In this document: piece after piece, positions 26,601 to 42,594 of the stretch
How the letters are laid out: every line of letters starts with the position of its first letter
Position numbering within the stretch: position 1 is the first letter of the stretch
Origin: Auanema rhodensis
Lineage: Eukaryota > Animalia > Nematoda
Direction: 5' to 3'
DNA length: 64,000 nucleotides
Assembly: GCA_964057225.1 (NCBI GenBank)
Contig: CAXKVF010000073.1
Location: 1,054,001 to 1,118,000, forward strand
The notes under the pieces: generated by a model
What the model was told of the DNA's origin: nothing
Seen by the model: only the letters and a program-made list of their open reading frames with translations
The model's database searches: none
Program-made: the position numbers and the translations under genes

Positions 26601-29600
26601 GTTTTTAGACTAATATGGACATGGGGAATCTAATTTTGAAAACCGCATCTCTTTATCTTTCACGTGAAGCGAGTTACATACCAAGTGCACATCACGTGTA
26701 CATTTAATTAGCATAAATTAAAGTTCACGTAAATTTCAAAGTCATGGTTACCATGAACCAATATCAATAAAAATTTGTTTTTAGACTAATATGGACATGG
26801 GGAATCTAATTTTGAAAACCGCATCTCTTTATCTTTCACGTGAAGCGAGTTACATATCAAGTGCACATCACGTGTACATTTAATTAGCATAAATTAAAGT
26901 TCACGTAAATTTCAAAGTCATGGTTACCATGAAGCAATATCAATAAAAATTTGTTTTTAGACTAATATGGACATGGGGAATCTAATTTTGAAAACCGCAT
27001 CTCTTCATCTTTCACGTGAAGCGAGTTACATACCAAGTGCACATCAAGTGTACATTTAATTAGCATAAATTAAAGTTCACGTAAATTTCAAAGTCATGGT
27101 TACCATGCACCAATATCAATAAAAATTTGTTTTTAGACTAATATGGACATGGGGAATCTAATTTTGAAAACCGCATCTCTTTATCTTTCACGTGAAGCGA
27201 GTTACATACCAAGTGCACATCACGTGTACATTTAATTAGCATAAATTAAAGTTCACGTAAATTTCAAAGTCATGGTTACCATGAAGCAATATCAATAAAA
27301 ATTTGTTTTTAGACTAATATGGACATGGGGAATCTAATTTTGAAAACCGCATCTCTTTATCTTTCACGTGAAGCGAGTTACATACCAAGTGCACATCACG
27401 TGTACATTTAATTAGCATAAATTAAAGTTCACGTAAATTTCAAAGTCATGGTTACCATGAACCAATATCAATAAAAATTTGTTTTTAGACTAATATGGAC
27501 ATGGGGAATCTAATTTTGAAAACCGCATCTCTTTATCTTTCACGTGAAGCGAGTTACATATCAAGTGCACATCACGTGTACATTTAATTAGCATAAATTA
27601 AAGTTCACGTAAATTTCAAAGTCATGGTTACCATGAACCAATATCAATAAAAATTTGTTTTTAGACTAATATGGACATGGGCAATCTAATTTTGAAAACC
27701 GCATCTCTTTATCTTTCACGTGAAGCGAGTTACATACCAAGTGCACATCACGTGTACATTTAATTAGCATAAATTAAAGTTCACGTAAATTTCAAAGTCA
27801 TGGTTACCATGCACCAATATCAATAAAAATTTGTTTTTAGACTAATATGGACATGAGGAATCTAATTTTGAAAACCGCATCTCTTTATCTTTCACGTGAA
27901 GCGAGTTACATACCAAGTGCACATCACGTGTACATTTAATTAGCATAAATTAAAGTTCACGTAAATTTCAAAGTCATGGTTACCATGCACCAATATCAAT
28001 AAAAATTTGTTTTTAGACTAATATGGACATGGGGAATCTAATTTTGAAAACCGCATCTCTTCATCTTTCACGTGAAGCGAGTTACATACCAAGTGCACAT
28101 CACGTGTACATTTAATTAGCATAAATTAAAGTTCACGTAAATTTCAAAGTCATGGTTACCATGAACCAATATCAATAAAAATTTGTTTTTAGACTAATAT
28201 GGACATGGGAAATCTAATTTTGAAAACCGCATCTCTTTATCTTTCACGTAAAGCGAGTTACATACCAAGTGCACATCACGTGTACATTTAATTAGCATAA
28301 ATTAAAGTTCACGTAAATTTCAAAGTCATGGTTACCATGCACCAATATCAATAAAAATTTGTTTTTAGACTAATATGGACATGGGGAATCTAATTTTGAA
28401 AACCGCATCTCTTTATCTTTCACGTGAAGCGAGTTACATACCAAGTGCACATCACGTGTACATTTAATTAGCATAAATTAAAGTTCACGTAAATTTCAAA
28501 GTCATGGTTACCATGCACCAATATCAATAAAAATTTGTTTTTAGACTAATATGGACATGGGGAATCTAATTTTGAAAACCGCATCTCTTTATCTTTCACG
28601 TGAAGCGAGTTACATACCAAGTGCACATCACGTGTACATTTAATTAGCATAAATTAAAGTTCACGTAAATTTCAAAGTCATGGTTACCATGAACCAATAT
28701 CAATAAAAATTTGTTTTTAGACTAATATGGACATGGGGAATCTACTTTTGAAAACCGCATCTCTTTATCTTTCACGTGAAGCGAGTTACATACCAAGTGC
28801 ACATCACGTGTACATTTGATTAGCATAAATTAAAGTTCACGTAAATTTCAAAGTCATGGTTACCATGAACCAATATCAATAAAAATTTGTTTTTAGACTA
28901 ATATGGATATGGGGAATCTAATTTTGAAAACCGCATCTCTTTATCTTTCACGTGAAGCGAGATACATACCAAGTGCACATCACGTGTACATTTAATTAGC
29001 ATAAATTAAAGTTCACGTAAATTTCAAAGTCATGGTTACCATGAACCAATATCAATTAAAATTTGTTTTTAGACTAATATGGACATGGGCAATCTAATTG
29101 TGAAAACCGCATCTCTTTATCTTTCACGTGAAGCGAGTTACATACCAAGTGCACATCACGTGTACATTTAATTAGCATAAATTAAAGTTCACGTAAATTT
29201 CAAAGTCATGGTTACCATGCACCAATATCAATAAAAATTTGTTTTTAGACTAATATAGACATGGGGAATCTAATTTTGAAAACCGCATCTCTTTATCTTT
29301 CACGTGAAGCGAGTTACATACCAAGTGCACATCACGTGTACATTTAATTAGCATAAATTAAAGTTCACGTAAATTTCAAAGTCATGGTTACCATGAACCA
29401 ATATCAATTAAAATTTGTTTTTAGACTAATATGGACATGGGCAATCTAATTTTGAAAACCGCATCTCTTTATCTTTCACGTGAAGCGAGTTACATACCAA
29501 GTGCACATCACGTGTACATTTAATTAGCATAAATTAAAGTTCACGTAAATTTCAAAGTCATGGTTACCATGCACCAATATCAATAAAAATTTGTTTTTAG

Positions 29601-30802
29601 ACTAATATGGACATGAGGAATCTAATTTTGAAAACCGCATCTCTTCATCTTTCACGTGAAGCGAGTTACATACCAAGTGCACATCACGTCTAAATTTAAT
29701 TAGCATAAATTAAAGTTCACGAAAATTTCAAAGTCATGGTTACCATGAACCAATATCAATAAAAATTTGTTTTTAGACTAATATGGATATGGGCAATCTA
29801 ATTTTGAAAACCGCATCTCTTTATCTTTCACGTGAAGCGAGTTACATACCAAGTGCACATCACGTGTACATTTAATTAGCATAAATTAAAGTTCACGTAA
29901 ATTTCAAAGTCATGGTTACCATGCACCAATATCAATAAAAATTTGTTTTTAGACTAATATGGACATGGGGAATCTAATTTTGAAAACCGCATCTCTTCAT
30001 CTTTCACGTGAAGCGAGTTACATACCAAGTGCACATCACGTGTACATTTAATTAGCATAAATTAAAGTTCACGTAAATTTCAAAGTCATGGTTACCATGA
30101 ACCAATATCAATAAAAATTTGTTTTTAGACTAATATGGACATGGGGAATCTAATTTTGAAAACCGCATCTCTTTATCTTTCACGTGAAGCGAGTTACATA
30201 CCAAGTGCACATCACGTGTACATTTAATTAGCATAAATTAAAGTTCACGTAAATTTCAAAGTCATGGTTACCATGCACCAATATCAATAAAAATTTGTTT
30301 TTAGACTAATATGGACATGGGGAATCTAATTTTGAAAACCGCATCTCTTCATCTTTCACGTGAAGCGAGTTACATACCAAGTGCACATCACGTGTACATT
30401 TAATTAGCATAAATTAAAGTTCACGAAAATTTCAAAGTCATGGTTACCATGAACCAATATCAATAAAAATTTGTTTTTAGACTAATATGGACATGGGGAA
30501 TCTAATTTTGAAAACCGCATCTCTTTATCTTTCACGTGAAGCGAGTTACATACCAAGTGCACATCACGTGTACATTTAATTAGCATAAATTAAAGTTCAC
30601 GTAAATTTCAAAGTCATGGTTACCATGCACCAATATCAATAAAAATTTGTTTTTAGACTAATATGGACATGGGGAATCTAATTTTGAAAACCGCATCTCT
30701 TCATCTTTCACGTGAAGCGAGTTACATACCAAGTGCACATCACGTGTACATTTAATTAGCATAAATTAAAGTTCACGTAAATTTCAAAGTCATGGTTACC
30801 AT

Positions 30803-33800
30803 GAACCAATATCAATAAAAATTTGTTTTTAGACTAATATGGACATGGGGAATCTAATTTTGAAAACCGCATCTCTTTATCTTTCACGTGAAGCGAGTTA
30901 CATACCAAGTGCCCATCACGTGTACATTTAATTAGCATAAATTAAAGTTCACGTAAATTTCAAAGTCATGGTTACCATGAACCAATATCAATAAAAATTT
31001 GTTTTTAAACTAATATGGACATGGGGAATCTAATTTTGTAAACCGCATCTCTTTATCTTTCACGTGAAGCGAGTTACATACCAAGTGCAGATCACGTGTA
31101 CATTTAATTAGCATAAATTAAAGTTCACGTAAATTTCAAAGTCATGGTTACCATGAACCAATATCAATAAAAATTTGTTTTTAGACTAATATGGACATGG
31201 GGAATCTAATTTTGAAAACCGCATCTCTTTATCTTTCACGTGAAGCGAGTTACATACCAAGTGCCCATCACGTGTACATTTAATTAGCATAAATTAAAGT
31301 TCACGTAAATTTCAAAGTCATGGTTACCATGCACCAATATCAATAAAAATTTGTTTCTAAACTAATATGGATATGGGGAATCTAATTTTGAAAACCGCAT
31401 CTCTTTATCTTTCACGTGAAGCGAGTTACATACCAAGTGCACATCACGTGTACATTTAATTAGCATAAATTAAAGTTCACGTAAATTTCAAAGTCATGGT
31501 TACCATGCACCAATATCGATAAAAATTTGTTTTTAGACTAATATGGACATGGGGAATCTAATTTTGAAAACCGCATCTCTTTATCTTTCACGTGAAGCGA
31601 GTTACATACCAAGTGCACATCACGTGTACATTTAATCAGCATAAATTAAAGTTCACGTAAATTTCAAAGTCATGGTTACCATGAACCAATATCAATAAAA
31701 ATTTGTTTTTAGACTAATATGGACATGGGGAATCTAATTTTGAAAACCGCATCTCTTTATCTTTCACGTGAAGCGAGTTACATACCAAGTGCACATCACG
31801 TGTACATTTAATTAGCATAAATTAAAGTTCACGTAAATTTCAAAGTCATGGTTACCATGAACCAATATCAATAAAAATTTGTTTTTAGACTAATATGGAC
31901 ATGGGGAATCTAATTTTGAAAACCGCATCTCTTTATCTTTCACGTGAAGCGAGTTACATACCAAGTGCCCATCACGTGTACATTTAATTAGCATAAATTA
32001 AAGTTCACGTAAATTTCAAAGTCATGGTTACCATGCACCAATATCAATAAAAATTTGTTTTTAGACTAATATGGACATGGGGAATCTAATTTTGAAAACC
32101 GCATCTCGTTATCTTTCACGTGAAGCGAGTTACATACCAAGTGCACATCACGTGTACATTTAATTAGCATAAATTAAAGTTCACGTAAATTTCAAAGTCA
32201 TGGTTACCATGCACCAATATCAATAAAAATTTGTTTTTAGACTAATATGGACATGGGGAATCTAATTTTGAAAACCGCATCTCTTTATCTTTCACGTGAA
32301 GCGAGTTACATACCAAGTGCACATCACGTGTACATTTAATTAGCATAAATTAAAGTTCACGTAAGTTTCAAAGTCATGGTTACCATGCACCAATATCAAT
32401 AAAAATTTGTTTTTAGACTAATATGGACATGGGGAATCTAATTTTGAAAACCGCATCTCTTTATCTTTCACGTGAAGCGAGTTACATACCAAGTGCACAT
32501 CACGTGTACATTTAATTAGCATAAATTAAAGTTCACGTAAATTTCAAAGTCATGGTTACCATGAACCAATATCAATAAAAATTTGTTTTTAGACTAATAT
32601 GGACATGGGGAATCTAATTTTGAAAACCGCATCTCTTTATCTTTCACGTGAAGCGAGTTACATACCAAGTGCACATCACGTGTACATTTAATTAGCATAA
32701 ATTAAAGTTCACGTAAATTTCAAAGTCATGGTTACCATGCACCAATATCAATAAAAATTTGTTTTTAAACTAATATGGATATGGGGAATCTAATTTTGAA
32801 AACCGCATCTCTTTATCTTTCACGTGAAGCGAGTTACATACCAAGTGCACATCACGTGTACATTTAATTAGCATAAATTAAAGTTCACGTAAATTTCAAA
32901 GTCATGGTTACCATGCACCAATATCGATAAAAATTTGTTTTTAGACTAATATGGACATGGGGAATCTAATTTTGAAAACCGCATCTCTTTATCTTTCACG
33001 TGAAGCGAGTTACATACCAAGTGCACATCACGTGTACATTTAATTAGCATAAATTAAAGTTCACGTAAATTTCAAAGTCATGGTTACCATGAACCAATAT
33101 CAATAAAAATTTGTTTTTAGACTAATATGGACATGGGGAATCTAATTTTGAAAACCGCATCTCTTTATCTTTCACGTGAAGCGAGTTACATACCAAGTGC
33201 ACATCACGTGTACATTTAATTAGCATAAATTAAAGTTCACGTAAATTTCAAAGTCATGGTTACCATGCACCAATATCAATAAAAATTTGTTTTTAAACTA
33301 ATATGGATATGGGGAATCTAATTTTGAAAACCGCATCTCTTTATCTTTCACGTGAAGCGAGTTACATACCAAGTGCACATCACGTGTACATTTAATTAGC
33401 ATAAATTAAAGTTCACGTAAATTTCAAAGTCATGGTTACCATGCACCAATATCGATAAAAATTTGTTTTTAGACTAATATGGACATGGGGAATCTAATTT
33501 TGAAAACCGCATCTCTTTATCTTTCACGTGAAGCGAGTTACATACCAAGTGCACATCACGTGTACATTTAATTAGCATAAATTAAAGTTCACGTAAATTT
33601 CAAAGTCATGGTTACCATGAACCAATATCAATAAAAATTTGTTTTTAGACTAATATGGACATGGGGAATCTAATTTTGAAAACCGCATCTCTTTATCTTT
33701 CACGTGAAGCGAGTTACATACCAAGTGCACATCACGTGTACATTTAATTAGCATAAATTAAAGTTCACGTAAATTTCAAAGTCATGGTTACCATGAACCA

Positions 33801-36082
33801 ATATCAATAAAAATTTGTTTTTAGACTAATATGGACATGGGGAATCTAATTTTGAAAACCGCATCTCTTTATCTTTCACGTGAAGCGAGTTACCTACCAA
33901 GTGCCCATCACGTGTACATTTAATTAGCATAAATTAAAGTTCACGTAAATTTCAAAGTCATGGTTACCATGCACCAATATCAATAAAAATTTGTTTTTAG
34001 ACTAATATGGACATGGGGAATCTAATTTTAAAAACCGCATCTCGTTATCTTTCACGTGAAGCGAGTTACATACCAAGTGCACATCACGTGTACATTTAAT
34101 TAGCATAAATTAAAGTTCACGTAAATTTCAAAGTCATGGTTACCATGCACCAATATCAATAAAAATTTGTTTTTAGACTAATATGGACATGGGGAATCTA
34201 ATTTTGAAAACCGCATCTCTTTATCTTTCACGTGAAGCGAGTTACATACCAAGTGCACATCACGTGTACATTTAATTAGCATAAATTAAAGTTCACGTAA
34301 ATTTCAAAGTCATGGTTACCATGCACCAATATCAATAAAAATTTGTTTTTAAACTAATATGGATATGGGGAATCTAATTTTGAAAACCGCATCTCTTTAT
34401 CTTTCACGTGAAGCGAGTTACATACCAAGTGCACATCACGTGTACATTTAATTAGCATAAATTAAAGTTCACGTAAATTTCAAAGTCATGGTTACCATGC
34501 ACCAATATCGATAAAAATTTGTTTTTAGACTAATATGGACATGGGGAATCTAATTTTGAAAACCGCATCTCTTTATCTTTCACGTGAAGCGAGTTACATA
34601 CCAAGTGCACATCACGTGTACATTTAATTAGCATAAATTAAAGTTCACGTAAATTTCAAAGTCATGGTTACCATGAACCAATATCAATAAAAATTTGTTT
34701 TTAGACTAATATGGACATGGGGAATCTAATTTTGAAAACCGCATCTCTTTATCTTTCACGTGAAGCGAGTTACATACCAAGTGCCCATCACGTGTACATT
34801 TAATTAGCATAAATTAAAGTTCACGTAAATTTCAAAGTCATGGTTACCATGCACCAATATCAATAAAAATTTGTTTTTAGACTAATATGGACATGGGGAA
34901 TCTAATTTTGAAAACCGCATCTCTTTATCTTTCACGTGAAGCGAGTTACATACCAAGTGCCCATCACGTGTACATTTAATTAGCATAAATTAAAGTTCAC
35001 GTAAATTTTAAAGTCATGGTTACCATGCACCAATATCAATAAAAATTTGTTTTTAGACTAATATGGACATGGGGAATCTAATTTTGAAAACCGCATCTCG
35101 TTATCTTTCACGTGAAGCGAGTTACATACCAAGTGCACATCACGTGTACATTTAATTAGCATAAATTAAAGTTCACGTAAATTTCAAAGTCATGGTTACC
35201 ATGCACCAATATCAATAAAAATTTGTTTTTAGACTAATATGGACATGGGGAATCTAATTTTGAAAACCGCATCTCTTTATCTTTCACGTGAAGCGAGTTA
35301 CATACCAAGTGCACATCACGTGTACATTTAATTAGCATAAATTAAAGTTCACGTAAATTTCAAAGTCATGGTTACCATGCACCAATATCAATAAAAATTT
35401 GTTTTTAAACTAATATGGATATGGGGAATCTAATTTTGAAAACCGCATCTCTTTATCTTTCACGTGAAGCGAGTTACATACCAAGTGCACATCACGTGTA
35501 CATTTAATTAGCATAAATTAAAGTTCACGTAAATTTCAAAGTCATGGTTACCATGCACCAATATCGATAAAAATTTGTTTTTAGACTAATATGGACATGG
35601 GGAATCTAATTTTGAAAACCGCATCTCTTTATCTTTCACGTGAAGCGAGTTACATACCAAGTGCACATCACGTGTACATTTAATTAGCATAAATTAAAGT
35701 TCACGTAAATTTCAAAGTCATGGTTACCATGAACCAATATCAATAAAAATTTGTTTTTAGACTAATATGGACATGGGGAATCTAATTTTGAAAACCGCAT
35801 CTCTTTATCTTTCACGTGAAGCGAGTTACATACCAAGTGCACATCACGTGTACATTTAATTAGCATAAATTAAAGTTCACGTAAATTTCAAAGTCATGGT
35901 TACCATGAACCAATATCGATAAAAATTTGTTTTTAGACTAATATGGACATGGGGAATCTAATTTTGGAAACCGCATCTCTTTATCTTTCACGTGAAGCGA
36001 GTTACATACCAAGTGCACATCACGTGTACATTTAATTAGCATAAATTAAAGTTCACGTAAATTTCAAAGTCATGGTTACCAT
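30803..36082 (+). repeat. Sub-array with private variants and local 3-mer/6-mer periodicity
   Basis: 30A+42T monomers at 31331, 32739, 33267, 34323 and 35379, each followed by a 12G monomer. 111C and 74G were seen only here. Confidence 0.8.
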
Positions 36083-37138
36083 GAACCAATATCAATAAAA
36101 ATTTGTTTTTAGACTAATATGGACATGGGGAATCTAATTTTGAAAACCGCATCTCTTTATCTTTCACGTGAAGCGAGTTACATACCAAGTGCACATCACG
36201 TGTACATTTAATTAGCATAAATTAAAGTTCACGAAAATTTCAAAGTCATGGTTACCATGCACCAATATCAATAAAAATTTGTTTTTAGACTAATATGGAC
36301 ATGGGGAATCTAATTTTGAAAACCGCATCTCTTCATCTTTCACGTGAAGCGAGTTACATACCAAGTGCACATCACGTCTAAATTTAATTAGCATAAATTA
36401 AAGTTCACGAAAATTTCAAAGTCATGGTTACCATGAACCAATATCAATAAAAATTTGTTTTTAGACTAATATGGATATGGGCAATCTAATTTTGAAAACC
36501 GCATCTCTTTATCTTTCACGTGAAGCGAGTTACATACCAAGTGCACATCACGTGTACATTTAATTAGCATAAATTAAAGTTCACGTAAATTTCAAAGTCA
36601 TGGTTACCATGCACCAATATCAATAAAAATTTGTTTTTAGACTAATATGGACATGGGAAATCTAATTTTGAAAACCGCATCTCTTCATCTTTCACGTGAA
36701 GCGAGTTACATACCAAGTGCACATCACGTGTACATTTAATTAGCATAAATTAAAGTTCACGTAAATTTCAAAGTCATGGTTACCATGAACCAATATCAAT
36801 AAAAATTTGTTTTTAGACTAATATGGACATGGGGAATCTAATTTTGAAAACCGCATCTCTTTATCTTTCACGTGAAGCGAGTTACATACCAAGTGCACAT
36901 CACGTGTACATTTAATTAGCATAAATTAAAGTTCACGTAAATTTCAAAGTCATGGTTACCATGCACCAATATCAATAAAAATTTGTTTTTAGACTAATAT
37001 GGACATGGGGAATCTAATTTTGAAAACCGCATCTCTTCATCTTTCACGTGAAGCGAGTTACATACCAAGTGCACATCACGTGTACATTTAATTAGCATAA
37101 ATTAAAGTTCACGTAAATTTCAAAGTCATGGTTACCAT

Positions 37139-40100
37139 GCACCAATATCAATAAAAATTTGTTTTTAGACTAATATGGACATGGGGAATCTAATTTTGAA
37201 AACCGCATCTCTTTATCTTTCACGTGAAGCGAGTTACATACCAAGTGCACATCACGTGTACATTTAATTAGCATAAATTAAAGTTCACGTAAATTTCAAA
37301 GTCATGGTTACCATGAAGCAATATCAATAAAAATTTGTTTTTAGACTAATATGGACATGGGGAATCTAATTTTGAAAACCGCATCTCTTCATCTTTCACG
37401 TGAAGCGAGTTACATACCAAGTGCTCATCAAGTGTACATTTAATTAGCATAAATTAAAGTTCACGTAAATTTCAAAGTCATGGTTACCATGCACCAATAT
37501 CAATAAAAATTTGTTTTTAGACTAATATGGACATGGGGAATCTAATTTTGAAAACCGCATCTCTTTATCTTTCACGTGAAGCGAGTTACATACCAAGTGC
37601 ACATCACGTGTACATTTAATTAGCATAAATTAAAGTTCACGTAAATTTCAAAGTCATGGTTACCATGAAGCAATATCAATAAAAATTTGTTTTTAGACTA
37701 ATATGGACATGGGGAATCTAATTTTAAAAACCGCATCTCTTTATCTTTCACGTGAAGCGAGTTACATACCAAGTGCACATCACGTGTACATTTAATTAGC
37801 ATAAATTAAAGTTCACGTAAATTTCAAAGTCATGGTTACCATGAACCAATATCAATAAAAATTTGTTTTTAGACTAATATGGACATGGGGAATCTAATTT
37901 TGAAAACCGCATCTCTTTATCTTTCACGTGAAGCGAGTTACATATCAAGTGCACATCACGTGTACATTTAATTAGCATAAATTAAAGTTCACGTAAATTT
38001 CAAAGTCATGGTTACCATGCACCAATATCAATAAAAATTTGTTTTTAGACTAATATGGACATGGGGAATCTAATTTTGAAAACCGCATCTCTTTATCTTT
38101 CACGTGAAGCGAGTTACATACCAAGTGCACATCACGTGTACATTTAATTAGCATAAATTAAAGTTCACGTAAATTTCAAAGTCATGGTTACCATGCACCA
38201 ATATCAATAAAAATTTGTTTTTAGACTAATATGGACATGGGGAATCTAATTTTGAAAACCGCATCTCTTCATCTTTCACGTGAAGCGAGTTACATACCAA
38301 GTGCACATCAAGTGTACATTTAATTAGCATAAATTAAAGTTCACGTAAATTTCAAAGTCATGGTTACCATGAACCAATATCAATAAAAATTTGTTTTTAG
38401 ACTAATATGGACATGGGCAATCTAATTTTGAAAACCGCATCTCTTTATCTTTCACGTGAAGCGAGTTACATACCAAGTGCACATCACGTGTACATTTAAT
38501 TAGCATAAATTAAAGTTCACGTAAATTTCAAAGTCATGGTTACCATGCACCAATATCAATAAAAATTTGTTTTTAGACTAATATGGACATGGGGAATCTA
38601 ATTTTGAAAACCGCATCTCTTCATCTTTCACGTGAAGCGAGTTACATACCAAGTGCACATCACGTGTACATTTAATTAGCATAAATTAAAGTTCACGTAA
38701 ATTTCAAAGTCATGGTTACCATGAACCAATATCAATAAAAATTTGTTTTTAGACTAATATGGACATGGGGAATCTAATTTTGAAAACCGCATCTCTTTAT
38801 CTTTCACGTAAAGCGAGTTACATACCAAGTGCACATCACGTGTACATTTAATTAGCATAAATTAAAGTTCACGTAAATTTCAAAGTCATGGTTACCATGC
38901 ACCAATATCAATAAAAATTTGTTTTTAGACTAATATGGACATGGGGAATCTAATTTTGAAAACCGCATCTCTTTATCTTTCACGTGAAGCGAGTTACATA
39001 CCAAGTGCACATCACGTGTACATTTAATTAGCATAAATTAAAGTTCACGTAAATTTCAAAGTCATGGTTACCATGAAGCAATATCAATAAAAATTTGTTT
39101 TTAGACTAATATGGACATGGGGAATCTAATTTTGAAAACCGCATCTCTTCATTTTTCACGTGAAGCGAGTTACATACCAAGTGCTCATCAAGTGTACATT
39201 TAATTAGCATAAATTAAAGTTCACGTAAATTTCAAAGTCATGGTTACCATGCACCAATATCAATAAAAATTTGTTTTTAGACTAATATGGACATGGGGAA
39301 TCTAATTTTGAAAACCGCATCTCTTTATCTTTCACGTGAAGCGAGTTACATACCAAGTGCACATCACGTGTACATTTAATTAGCATAAATTAAAGTTCAC
39401 GTAAATTTCAAAGTCATGGTTACCATGAAGCAATATCAATAAAAATTTGTTTTTAGACTAATATGGACATGGGGAATCTAATTTTGAAAACCGCATCTCT
39501 TTATCTTTCACGTGAAGCGAGTTACATACCAAGTGCACATCACGTGTACATTTAATTAGCATAAATTAAAGTTCACGTAAATTTCAAAGTCATGGTTACC
39601 ATGAACCAATATCAATAAAAATTTGTTTTTAGACTAATATGGACATGGGGAATCTAATTTTGAAAACCGCATCTCTTTATCTTTCACGTGAAGCGAGTTA
39701 CATATCAAGTGCACATCACGTGTACATTTAATTAGCATAAATTAAAGTTCACGTAAATTTCAAAGTCATGGTTACCATGCACGAATATCAATAAAAATTT
39801 GTTTTTAGACTAATATGGACATGGGGAATCTAATTTTGAAAACCGCATCTCTTTATCTTTCACGTGAAGCGAGTTACATACCAAGTGCACATCACGTGTA
39901 CATTTAATTAGCATAAATTAAAGTTCACGTAAATTTCAAAGTCATGGTTACCATGCACCAATATCAATAAAAATTTGTTTTTAGACTAATATGGACATGG
40001 GGAATCTAATTTTGAAAACCGCATCTCTTCATCTTTCACGTGAAGCGAGTTACATACCAAGTGCACATCAAGTGTACATTTAATTAGCATAAATTAAAGT

Positions 40101-40306
40101 TCACGTAAATTTCAAAGTCATGGTTACCATGAACCAATATCAATAAAAATTTGTTTTTAGACTAATATGGACATGGGCAATCTAATTTTGAAAACCGCAT
40201 CTCTTTATCTTTCACGTGAAGCGAGTTACATACCAAGTGCACATCACGTGTACATTTAATTAGCATAAATTAAAGTTCACGTAAATTTCAAAGTCATGGT
40301 TACCAT
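37139..40306 (+). repeat. 10-mer-spaced (1760 bp) higher-order duplication, M212-219 versus M222-229
   Basis: The 4G+76C+111T+117A monomer is at 37315 and 39075, 103T at 37843 and 39603, 76C+117A at 38195 and 39955, and 48C at 38371 and 40131. Confidence 0.8.
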
Positions 40307-42594
40307 GCACCAATATCAATAAAAATTTGTTTTTAGACTAATATGGACATGAGGAATCTAATTTTGAAAACCGCATCTCTTTATCTTTCACGTGAAGCGA
40401 GTTACATACCGAGTGCACATCACGTGTACATTTAATTAGCATAAATTAAAGTTCACGTAAATTTCAAAGTCATGGTTACCATGCACCAATATCAATAAAA
40501 ATTTGTTTTTAGACTAATATGGACATGGGGAATCTAATTTTGAAAACCGCATCTCTTCATCTTTCACGTGAAGCGAGTTACATACCAAGTGCACATCACG
40601 TCTAAATTTAATTAGCATAAATTAAAGTTCACGAAAATTTCAAAGTCATGGTTACCATGAACCAATATCAATAAAAATTTGTTTTTAGACTAATATGGAC
40701 ATGGGCAATCTAATTTTGAAAACCGCATCTCTTTATCTTTCACGTGAAGCGAGTTACATACCAAGTGCACATCACGTGTACATTTAATTAGCATAAATTA
40801 AAGTTCACGTAAATTTCAAAGTCATGGTTACCATGCACCAATATCAATAAAAATTTGTTTTTAGACTAATATGGACATGGGGAATCTAATTTTGAAAACC
40901 GCATCTCTTCATCTTTCACGTGAAGCGAGTTACATACCAAGTGCACATCACGTGTACATTTAATTAGCATAAATTAAAGTTCACGTAAATTTCAAAGTCA
41001 TGGTTACCATGAACCAATATCAATAAAAATTTGTTTTTAGACTAATATGGACATGGGCAATCTAATTGTGAAAACCGCATCTCTTTATCTTTCACGTGAA
41101 GCGAGTTACATACCAAGTGCACATCACGTGTACATTTAATTAGCATAAATTAAAGTTCACGTAAATTTCAAAGTCATGGTTACCATGCACCAATATCAAT
41201 AAAAATTTGTTTTTAGACTAATATAGACATGGGGAATCTAATTTTGAAAACCGCATCTCTTTATCTTTCACGTGAAGCGAGTTACATACCAAGTGCACAT
41301 CACGTGTACATTTAATTAGCATAAATTAAAGTTCACGTAAATTTCAAAGTCATGGTTACCATGAACCAATATCAATTAAAATTTGTTTTTAGACTAATAT
41401 GGACATGGGCAATCTAATTTTAAAAACCGCATCTCTTTATCTTTCACGTGAAGCGAGTTACATACCAAGTGCACATCACGTGTACATTTAATTAGCATAA
41501 ATTAAAGTTCACGTAAATTTCAAAGTCATGGTTACCATGAACCAATATCAATAAAAATTTGTTTTTAGACTAATATGGACATGGGCAATCTAATTTTGAA
41601 AACCGCATCTCTTTATCTTTCACGTGAAGCGAGTTACATACCAAGTCCACATCACGTGTACATTTAATTAGCATAAATTAAAGTTCACGTAAATTTCAAA
41701 GTCATGGTTACCATGCACCAATATCAATAAAAATTTGTTTTTAGACTAATATGGACATGAGGAATCTAATTTTGAAAACCGCATCTCTTTATCTTTCACG
41801 TGAAGCGAGTTACATACCGAGTGCACATCAAGTGTACATTTAATTAGCATAAATTAAAGTTCACGTAAATTTCAAAGTCATGGTTACCATGCACCAATAT
41901 CAATAAAAATTTGTTTTTAGACTAATATGGACATGGGGAATCTAATTTTGAAAACCGCATCTCTTTATCTTTCACGTGAAGCGAGTTACATACCAAGTGC
42001 ACATCACGTGTACATTTAATTAGCATAAATTAAAGTTCACGTAAATTTCAAAGTCATGGTTACCATGAAGCAATATCAATAAAAATTTGTTTTTAGACTA
42101 ATATGGACATGGGGAATCTAATTTTGAAAACCGCATCTCTTTATCTTTCACGTGAAGCGAGTTACATACCAAGTGCACATCACGTGTACATTTAATTAGC
42201 ATAAATTAAAGTTCACGTAAATTTCAAAGTCATGGTTACCATGAACCAATATCAATAAAAATTTGTTTTTAGACTAATATGGACATGGGGAATCTAATTT
42301 TGAAAACCGCATCTCTTTATCTTTCACGTGAATCGAGTTACATATCAAGTGCACATCACGTGTACATTTAATTAGCATAAATTAAAGTTCACGTAAATTT
42401 CAAAGTCATGGTTACCATGCACCAATATCAATAAAAATTTGTTTTTAGACTAATATGGACATGGGGAATCTAATTTTGAAAACCGCATCTCTTTATCTTT
42501 CACGTGAAGCGAGTTACATACCAAGTGCACATCACGTGTACATTTAATTAGCATAAATTAAAGTTCACGTAAATTTCAAAGTCATGGTTACCAT

